The translations under genes were made by a program, and so were the position numbers. The notes under the pieces were generated by a model. The model was not told the DNA's origin. It did not search any database and worked only from the letters and a program-made list of their open reading frames with translations. Shown here in pieces: positions 47,167-53,459 of a stretch of 53,459 nucleotides of DNA. This stretch comes from Candidatus Rokubacteria bacterium 13_2_20CM_69_15_1. GTDB taxonomy: Bacteria; Methylomirabilota; Methylomirabilia; Rokubacteriales; CSP1-6. The stretch spans positions 1 through 53,459 of the forward strand of contig MNCR01000102.1 of NCBI GenBank assembly GCA_001914535.1. Direction: 5' to 3'. Within the stretch, counting starts at the first letter, position 1. Every line of letters starts with the position of its first letter.

Positions 47167-48215
47167 ACATCGTGCTCGTCAAGCTCTCCTCGCTCGGCGA
47201 TGTCGTCCACGCGCTCCCGGTCGCCGCGGCGCTCCGTGCGCGGCTCCCACGCGCGCGCCTGAGCTGGATCGTGGAGCGCCGCGAGGCGGCGTTGCTCCGG
47301 GGCAACGGGGTCCTCGACGCGGTCGTGGATGTGGACACGCGCGGCTGGCGCCGCGCGCGCACGCCGGCGGACCTGGTCCGGGCCGGCGGCGCGCTCGGCG
47401 AGCTCGCGCGCGGTCTTCGCGCGGCGCGGTTCGACGTCGCCGTGGACCTCCAGGGGCTCGTGAAGAGCGGTCTCGTGACGGCGGCCACGCGCGCGCCGCT
47501 GCGGATCGGCTTCGCCGCGCCCCTCTGCCGCGAGCGCCTCAGCGCGCTCTTCACGAACCGACACGTGACGCCGCCCGTGACCGCGCGACACGTGGTCGAG
47601 CAGTACCTCGCGGTGCTCGAGCCGCTCGGCGTCCGGCCCACCGCGATCGCGTTTCCGCTGCCCGCGGATCCCGCGGCGGAGGCGCGGGTCGACGCATTCT
47701 TCATGAGGTCCGGCGTGAAGCCCCGTGACCGGCTCGTCGTCCTGCTCCCGGGCGCGGGCCGGGCCGACAAGCGCTGGCCCGTCGACCGCTTCGCCGCCCT
47801 CGCCAGGTCCCTCACCGCGGACGCCGGCGGCTCGGTGCTGGTCGTGTGGGGCCCCGGCGAGCACGATACGGCGACGGCGATCGTGGAGTCGGCGGGTGGC
47901 GGCCGCACGCGGCTCGCGCCGGCCAGCACGATCGAGGAGCTCATCGCGCTGCTCCAGCGGGCGTCGGTCGTCGTCGGGGGCGACACCGGGCCCCTCCACC
48001 TGGCCGCCGCCCTCGGCGTCGCGTGCGTCGGGCTCTACGGACCGACCGCGGCGGAGAGAAACGGCCCCTGGGGACAGGTGAATCGGGCGCTGCAGAGCGC
48101 CGACGGCACGCTCGCCCGGATCGGCGTGACGGAGGTGCTGGCGCGCGTGACCGCGCTGCTCGAGTCGGCGTGGCAGTGCGAGCCGACGCCGTCCGCCTGT
48201 CGGGGCGCGCCGTGA
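47163..48215 (+). CDS. waaC: LPS heptosyltransferase I (GT9)
   Basis: VKLSSLGDVVH.LP, DLQGLVKS, H.VE, K.WP, DTGPLHLAAALG, LYGPT. Confidence 0.92.
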   Translation: MNIVLVKLSSLGDVVHALPVAAALRARLPRARLSWIVERREAALLRGNGVLDAVVDVDTRGWRRARTPADLVRAGGALGELARGLRAARFDVAVDLQGLVKSGLVTAATRAPLRIGFAAPLCRERLSALFTNRHVTPPVTARHVVEQYLAVLEPLGVRPTAIAFPLPADPAAEARVDAFFMRSGVKPRDRLVVLLPGAGRADKRWPVDRFAALARSLTADAGGSVLVVWGPGEHDTATAIVESAGGGRTRLAPASTIEELIALLQRASVVVGGDTGPLHLAAALGVACVGLYGPTAAERNGPWGQVNRALQSADGTLARIGVTEVLARVTALLESAWQCEPTPSACRGAP

Positions 48216-48967
48216 ACCGACCCACCATCTCCGCGGTCGTCATCACGTTCAACGAGGAAGAGCGGCTCCGCCCGTGTCTCGAGAGCCTGGCCTGGGTCGA
48301 CGAGGTCGTCGTGGTGGACGCCGAGTCGAGCGACAAGACGGTCCAGATCGCGCGCGAGTTCACGGACCGCGTCTGGGTTCGGCCGTGGCCCGGGTTCGCC
48401 GGCCAGAAGAACTTCGCCATCGAGCAGGCGACCGGGGACTGGATCTTCTCCGTCGACGCGGACGAGGAGGTCCCGCCGGAGCTCAGGGTGGAGATTGGTG
48501 CGGTGCTCGAGGGCCGAGGCGAGAGTGTCCAGGCCTACCGGGTGCCGCGTCGGAACATCTTCTGGGGGCGCTGGGTGCGCCACGGCGGCCTCTATCCAGA
48601 CTGGCAGCTCCGGCTGTTCCGGCGTGGCCTCGGCCGGTTCGTGGACCACTCGGTTCACGAGTCGGCGCAGGTGACCGGAACCGTCGGCCGGCTCCGGGCG
48701 CCGCTCGTCCACCGGAGCTACCGCGGCGTGGCAGATTTCCTGGCCCGCGCCGACCGGTACTCCACGCTGGCCGCCGAGGCATGGATTCGGAGCGGCCGGC
48801 CAGCCAGGCGCTCGGACCTGGTCTTCCGGCCGCTGGGCAGATTCCTCGGGATGTACGTGGCTCGCGCCGGGTTCCTCGACGGTTGGCGAGGCTTCCTTCT
48901 GGCCTGCCTCTACGCGTACTATGTGCTCATCCGTTCGGCGAAGGTTTGGGAGAGAGTGAGGGGCTGA
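48212..48967 (+). CDS. Glycosyltransferase family 2 (KdtX/WaaE-like LPS beta-1,4-glucosyltransferase)
   Basis: NEE..L..CL.S, VVD..S.D.T, W.GF..QKN.A, DADE, YPD...RLF, VHE, GFLDG..G. Confidence 0.9.
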   Translation: MNRPTISAVVITFNEEERLRPCLESLAWVDEVVVVDAESSDKTVQIAREFTDRVWVRPWPGFAGQKNFAIEQATGDWIFSVDADEEVPPELRVEIGAVLEGRGESVQAYRVPRRNIFWGRWVRHGGLYPDWQLRLFRRGLGRFVDHSVHESAQVTGTVGRLRAPLVHRSYRGVADFLARADRYSTLAAEAWIRSGRPARRSDLVFRPLGRFLGMYVARAGFLDGWRGFLLACLYAYYVLIRSAKVWERVRG

Positions 48968-49956
48968 TGGCGGGGACGAGGGAGCGGGTGCTGTCGGGGA
49001 TGCGGCCGAGCGGCAAGGTCCACCTGGGAAACTATCTCGGCGCGCTCGACAACTGGGTGAAGCTGCAGGACGCGTACGACTGCTACTACTTCGTCGCGAA
49101 CTGGCACGCCCTCACCGACGACACCGACACGGCCACGGTCCCGGGTGACACGGTGGAGATGGTGGCGGACTGGCTCGGCGCCGGCCTCGACCCGCAGCGC
49201 TCGACCCTCTTCATCCAGTCGCAGATACCCGAGCACGCCGAGCTCCATCTGCTCTTCTCGATGGTCACCCCGGTGGGCTGGCTCGAGCGCGTACCGACCT
49301 ACAAGGAGCGGATCGAGGCGCAGGGGATCGCGTCGCCGTCCTATGGGCTGCTCGGCTATCCGCTGCTCCAGGCCGCCGACATTTTGATGTACAAGCCCCG
49401 CTGGGTCCCGGTCGGCGCGGATCAGGTGCCGCACGTCGAGCTGACGCGCGAGGTGGCGCGGCGCTTCAACAACGCGTTCAAGCCCGTGTTCCCCGAGCCC
49501 GAGGCCAAGCTCACCCAGATTCCCAAGGTGCCGGGAACCGACGGGCGCAAGATGTCGAAGTCCTACGACAACGCGATCTACCTCTCCGACCCGGCGGACG
49601 CGGTCATCCGGAAGGTCAAGCCCATGATGACCGACCCGGCGCGCCGACGGCGGACCGACCCGGGCAATCCCGACGTCTGCCCGGTGTTCGACCTGCACAA
49701 GATCTTCACCCCCGTCGCCGAGCGCGAGGCGTGCGCGACAGGCTGCCGCACGGCGGGGATCGGCTGCCTCGACTGCAAGGACGTGTTGCTCCGTCACCTC
49801 GTCCCGAAGCTCGACGGGATCCGTGAGCGCCGCACGAAGTTCGCCGAGCGGCCAGACGTGATCGTCGACATCCTGCACGAGGGCGGGAGGCGTGCCCGGA
49901 CGGTGGCGCAGGCGACGATGGAGGAGGTCCGCGCGGCGGTGAACCTCACGCCATGA
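48967..49956 (+). CDS. trpS: Tryptophan--tRNA ligase
   Basis: SGMRPSG..HLGN, FIQS, YP.LQAADIL, VPVG.DQ, KMSKS. Confidence 0.97.
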   Translation: MAGTRERVLSGMRPSGKVHLGNYLGALDNWVKLQDAYDCYYFVANWHALTDDTDTATVPGDTVEMVADWLGAGLDPQRSTLFIQSQIPEHAELHLLFSMVTPVGWLERVPTYKERIEAQGIASPSYGLLGYPLLQAADILMYKPRWVPVGADQVPHVELTREVARRFNNAFKPVFPEPEAKLTQIPKVPGTDGRKMSKSYDNAIYLSDPADAVIRKVKPMMTDPARRRRTDPGNPDVCPVFDLHKIFTPVAEREACATGCRTAGIGCLDCKDVLLRHLVPKLDGIRERRTKFAERPDVIVDILHEGGRRARTVAQATMEEVRAAVNLTP

Positions 49957-50726
49957 CGGCGGACGCGCCGAAGATCCTCGACACGTCCCGGGACTTCACG
50001 CTCCGCGTGGGGGACTTCGAGGGCCCGTTCGACCTGCTGCTGCATCTGTGCCGCACCAACGAGATCGACCTGGCGCGCCTGCCGGTGCGGACGATCACCG
50101 ACCAGTACCTGGCACACCTCGAAGCGATCGAGTTCCGCGACCTCGAGGCCGCCGGCGGATACCTGGTCATGGCCGCCACGCTCATCTACCTCAAATCCAA
50201 GCTGCTCGTGCCGCCCGATCCGAGCGAGACCGAGGCGCTGGACGAGGAGGGCGAGGCGCTCCGGCTCGAGCTCGAGGAGCGGTTGCGCGCCTACGCGCGC
50301 GTGAAGGGTCTGGGGGCGTGGCTCGCGGCGCGGGAGGCGGAGCAAGCGCTCCTCTGGGGTCGCCCGGTGGGCGCCCTGCCGCCGCTGGAAGAGGTTCCGC
50401 TGGAGGACCTCTCGGTCCACCTGGTCGAGCGGGCGGTCCGGCGGCTGATCGACGAGCAGCTCCGTCGTCGGCCGCGCGAGGTCGAGCCGAATCCGCCCTC
50501 GATCCTCGAGCGCATGACCGAGATCCTCACGTTGCTCCGCGACGCGTGGTCGCTCCTGTTCTCGTCGCTCGTCGGCGGTGAGCGCCGCCGCTCCGAGGTC
50601 GTCGTCACCCTGCTCGCGGTGCTGGAGCTGGTCCGTCTCGGGCGGATCCGTACCCAGCAGACCGAGCTCTTTGGCGAGATCGTCATCGAACGCCAGACCG
50701 GAGAGACCCATGCCGGCTCCAATTGA
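49953..50726 (+). CDS. scpA: Segregation and condensation protein A (kleisin)
   Basis: FEGPFDLLLHL, ITDQYL, YLVMAATL..LKSKLL, LAVLEL...G.I...Q...FGEI. Confidence 0.95.
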   Translation: MTADAPKILDTSRDFTLRVGDFEGPFDLLLHLCRTNEIDLARLPVRTITDQYLAHLEAIEFRDLEAAGGYLVMAATLIYLKSKLLVPPDPSETEALDEEGEALRLELEERLRAYARVKGLGAWLAAREAEQALLWGRPVGALPPLEEVPLEDLSVHLVERAVRRLIDEQLRRRPREVEPNPPSILERMTEILTLLRDAWSLLFSSLVGGERRRSEVVVTLLAVLELVRLGRIRTQQTELFGEIVIERQTGETHAGSN

Positions 50727-51309
50727 CATCCTGGAAGCCCTGCTCTTCGCCTCGGACACCCCACTCGAGCCCGAGCGCATCCGTGAAGTGCTCGAGCTGC
50801 CGGGCGTCGCCGCCGCGCGTGAGCTCGTCGAGGCGCTGCGCTCGCGCTACGCCGACCGTGGCCTCCAGATCGTCGAGGTCGGCGGGGGGTATCGCATGGT
50901 CACGCGCCCGGAGCTCCAGCCCTGGCTCGTCCGGCTCACACGGTCGCGGACGAAGCAGCGCCTCTCGCGGCCCGCGCTCGAGACGCTGGCGATCGTCGCG
51001 TACAAGCAACCCGTGTCGCGCCCCGAGGTGGACGCGATCCGCGGCGTGAACTCCGAGGCCGTCCTCGAGAGTCTGCTCGAGCGGCGCCTCATCCGCATCC
51101 CGGGCCGCAAGGACGCGCCGGGACGGCCGTACCTTTTCGAGACCACGCGCGAGTTCCTCGTCGCGTTCGGCCTGCGCGACCTCGGCGACCTGCCGAAGGT
51201 CGAGGGCGAGCTCCTGGTGCCCGAGCTGGCCGTCGTGGCCGAGCATGGCGAAGCTGAGGCTCAACAAGATCCTGGCCCAGGCGGGGCTGACGTCCCGGCG
51301 GGGAGCTGA
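50710..51309 (+). CDS. scpB: Segregation and condensation protein B
   Basis: LEALLF, GGYRM.TRP, LSRPALETLAIVAYKQP.SR.E.D.IRGVNS, PGRP.L..TT.EFL..FGL..L.DLP. Confidence 0.96.
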   Translation: MPAPIDILEALLFASDTPLEPERIREVLELPGVAAARELVEALRSRYADRGLQIVEVGGGYRMVTRPELQPWLVRLTRSRTKQRLSRPALETLAIVAYKQPVSRPEVDAIRGVNSEAVLESLLERRLIRIPGRKDAPGRPYLFETTREFLVAFGLRDLGDLPKVEGELLVPELAVVAEHGEAEAQQDPGPGGADVPAGS

Positions 51310-51976
51310 CGGGCTGATCGCCGGCGGCCACGTCGCCGTCAACGGCGTGGTCACGCGGAGCCAAGCCACCCTCGCCGATCCCGACGTCGACCGCATCACC
51401 GTCGATGGCCGACCGGTGCCGCCGTCGGAGGCGAAGCACTACCTGCTCCTCAACAAGCCTCGCGGCTACGTGACGACCCTGGCGGATCCCCAGGGACGTC
51501 CCGTGGTCGCCGACCTCGTCAGGCCCGTCGGGGCGCGTCTCTATCCGGTCGGCCGTCTGGACTGGGACGTCGAGGGTGCGCTCCTGCTGACCAACGACGG
51601 CCCCTTGACCCACCGGCTTCTCCACCCGCGCTACGTGCTTCCGCGCGTCTACGAGGCGGACGTGGAGGGGCGCGTGACGTCCGGCGCGCTCGCCCGCTGG
51701 CGCCGGGGTGCCGTGCTCGCCGACGGCCCGGCGACGCCCGCCGCCGTCGCGCTCGTCCGCTCGGGCGCCGAGCGGAGCCGTCTCAGGCTGACCTTCACCG
51801 AGGGGCGCAAGCACGAGGTCAAGCGCTACTGCGAGGCTCTGGGCCACCCGGTCGTGCAGCTCAAGCGGGTCGCCTTCGGCCCGGTGGCGCTCGGCGCCCT
51901 CGCTCCGGGCGCCGTCCGCCGGCTCACCCCGCGCGAGCTCTCCGCGCTCCGGGCGGCGGTCGCCGACCGACCGTAA
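51245..51976 (+). CDS. rluB: 23S rRNA pseudouridine synthase, RsuA family (RluB-like)
   Basis: RLNK.LA.AG..SRR S4 domain, LNKPRG, PVGRLD (catalytic Asp), LLLTNDG, EGRKHEVKR; overlaps scpB by 65 nt. Confidence 0.9.
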   Translation: MAKLRLNKILAQAGLTSRRGADGLIAGGHVAVNGVVTRSQATLADPDVDRITVDGRPVPPSEAKHYLLLNKPRGYVTTLADPQGRPVVADLVRPVGARLYPVGRLDWDVEGALLLTNDGPLTHRLLHPRYVLPRVYEADVEGRVTSGALARWRRGAVLADGPATPAAVALVRSGAERSRLRLTFTEGRKHEVKRYCEALGHPVVQLKRVAFGPVALGALAPGAVRRLTPRELSALRAAVADRP

Positions 51977-52044
51977 CGCAGCCCCGTGCGCCTAGAGCGG
52001 GCCACCCACGGTCCACGCCGACCTCGCGGACCTCGCTACAATAG
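51976..52044 (+). repeat. Type A junction repeat copy directly after the rluB stop
   Basis: ACGCAGCCCCGTGCGCCTAGAGCGGGCCACCCACGGTCCACGCCGACCTCGCGGACCTCGCTACAATAG aligns without gaps to the 66-bp units; reads (T/M)QPRAPRAGHPRSTPTSRTSLQ-stop. Confidence 0.85.
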
Positions 52045-52050
52045 GTTGAC

Positions 52051-52080
52051 TTGCCCTCGTCTCCGTCGTCGGCCTATAAT
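52051..52080 (+). promoter_or_regulatory. Putative sigma70 promoter for pheA-hisC
   Basis: TTGCCC (52051-56), 18 nt, perfect TATAAT (52075-80); SD AGGAG before ATG 52119. Confidence 0.6.
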
Positions 52081-52118
52081 TGCCGGTATTCGAGAGAGTA
52101 GGGTCGGCAGGAGCCGCT

Positions 52119-53180
52119 ATGAACCTGGACGATTGGCGTTCCAGGATCAATGACCTCGACAACCAGATCCTAGACCTCCTCACCCAACGCGCCGAGGCCG
52201 CCCTCCAGATCGGAGACCTCAAACGACGTCAGGATGCGCCGTCGTATGCCCCGGAGCGTGAAGCCGACATCAGCCGGCGCCTGATCGAGGAGAACCGCGG
52301 GCCGCTCAGCGCCGACGCCGTCGCGGCCGTGTGGCGCGAGATCCTGTCGGGCTGCCGCGCGCTCGAAGGCGCCCTCACCGTCGCGTACCTGGGCCCGTCG
52401 GCGACGTTCACGCACCAGGCGGCACTCCAGCACTTCGGCGGCGCGGCGATGTACCGCCCCGCCCGCTCGATCGGCGAGGTGTTCGACGACGTCGAGCGCG
52501 GGCGCGCCGACTTTGGCGTCGTGCCCGTCGAGAACTCCACCGAGGGCGCCGTCAACGTGACGCTCGATCGCCTCATCGTCTCCGAGGCGCTGATCTGCGG
52601 GGAGCTCAAGCTCGAGATCACCCAGCACCTCCTCTCGCGCGCCGCCGACCTCGGCGAGGTGAAGCGCGTGGTCTCCCACCCGCAGGCGCTCGCCCAGTGC
52701 CGCGGGTGGCTCGCCGAGCACCTGGCCGACGTCGCCGCCGAGGAGACGCTCTCGACAGCGGCCGCGGCGGAGCTGGCCGCCACCGATTCGACGGTGGCCG
52801 CCATCGCGTCCGAGCTCGCCGGCCGCCTCTACAACGTCCCCGTGCTGAAGGCGCGCATCGAGGACAACCCGCAGAACGCGACGCGCTTCCTCGTCACGGG
52901 GCGGCGACCCGTCGGCCCCACCGGGCACGACAAGACGTCGATCCTCTTCGCGATGCGGAACGTGCCCGGCGCGCTGTACCGGATCCTCGAGCCGCTCGCC
53001 CGCGACTCCATCAACCTCACGAAGATCGAGTCGCGGCCGGCCAAGCAGAGTCCCTGGGAGTACGTCATCTTCGTCGACCTCGAGGGACATTGCGCCACGC
53101 CTCAAATCGCCGCCGTCCTGCGCGAGATCGGGGAACGAACGCTGTTCTTGAAAATCCTCGGCTCCTACCCGGCCGCATAA
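52119..53180 (+). CDS. pheA: Chorismate mutase / prephenate dehydratase (P-protein)
   Basis: CM domain (LDDWRSRINDLD..RA..P.RE), AYLGP..TF, PVENSTEG, SHPQALAQC, N.TRF, ACT domain (NLTKIESRP). Confidence 0.96.
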   Translation: MNLDDWRSRINDLDNQILDLLTQRAEAALQIGDLKRRQDAPSYAPEREADISRRLIEENRGPLSADAVAAVWREILSGCRALEGALTVAYLGPSATFTHQAALQHFGGAAMYRPARSIGEVFDDVERGRADFGVVPVENSTEGAVNVTLDRLIVSEALICGELKLEITQHLLSRAADLGEVKRVVSHPQALAQCRGWLAEHLADVAAEETLSTAAAAELAATDSTVAAIASELAGRLYNVPVLKARIEDNPQNATRFLVTGRRPVGPTGHDKTSILFAMRNVPGALYRILEPLARDSINLTKIESRPAKQSPWEYVIFVDLEGHCATPQIAAVLREIGERTLFLKILGSYPAA

Positions 53181-53189
53181 GGAGAGAGC

Positions 53190-53459
53190 ATGCCTACGCA
53201 GTGGGAGTCCCTGGCCAACGAACACATCCTCGGGATCGCGCCGTACGAGCCGGGCAAGCCGATCGACGAGCTGGAGCGCGAGCTCGGCATCCACGACGCG
53301 ATCAAGCTGGCGTCGAACGAGAACCCGCTGCCGCCCTCCGGCCGGGTCCAGCGGGCGATTCTCGCGGCGGTCAACCACCTCAACCGGTACCCGGACGGCA
53401 GCGGCTTCTATCTGCGGCAGGCGCTCGCCAAGAAGCACGGGGTGTCGCCCGACCAGGTC
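53190..53459 (+). CDS. hisC: Histidinol-phosphate aminotransferase (partial, runs off window)
   Basis: SD AAGGAG; PYEPGKPI..L.RELG...IKLASNENP, NRYPD; pheA-hisC order is common. Confidence 0.9.
   Translation, partial: MPTQWESLANEHILGIAPYEPGKPIDELERELGIHDAIKLASNENPLPPSGRVQRAILAAVNHLNRYPDGSGFYLRQALAKKHGVSPDQV

Overview
High-GC (about 70% by eye) bacterial chromosomal segment from a diderm, LPS-producing organism. Gene order and composition would fit Candidatus Rokubacteria/Methylomirabilota, but that is inference only. It holds 48 recognisable housekeeping genes, all on the + strand and mostly abutting or overlapping: M16 peptidase pair, rhomboid, tlyA, nadK, recN, secA, smc, rodZ, ftsY, ribD-ribE-ribBA-ribH-nusB, a metallophosphoesterase, lnt, frameshifted prfB, lysS, lolC/E-lolD, clpC, bamA-skp-lpxD-lpxA-gnnA-like-lpxI-lpxB-DUF374-waaA-lpxK, LPS core and ADP-heptose genes, trpS-scpA-scpB-rluB, pheA and partial hisC. 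I found no transposase, phage, CRISPR, rRNA or tRNA. The unexplained signal is at the gene junctions. A dispersed 54-85 bp repeat family has 8 copies at 4 loci: the ribH tail, lolC/E-lolD (x4), between two glycosyltransferases (x2), and after rluB. Copies are always sense-oriented at a gene's 3' end. Most form 17-27 aa mini-ORFs or ORF units (xPRAPx[SA]GHPR or MRNAAGAHLVSGHP) that overlap the neighbouring stop and start codons, so translational coupling is preserved. They show synonymous codon variation and a covarying 3' hairpin. A second, unrelated 79-bp MITE/REP-like insert with an 8-bp target duplication between lpxI and lpxB also encodes a mini-ORF.
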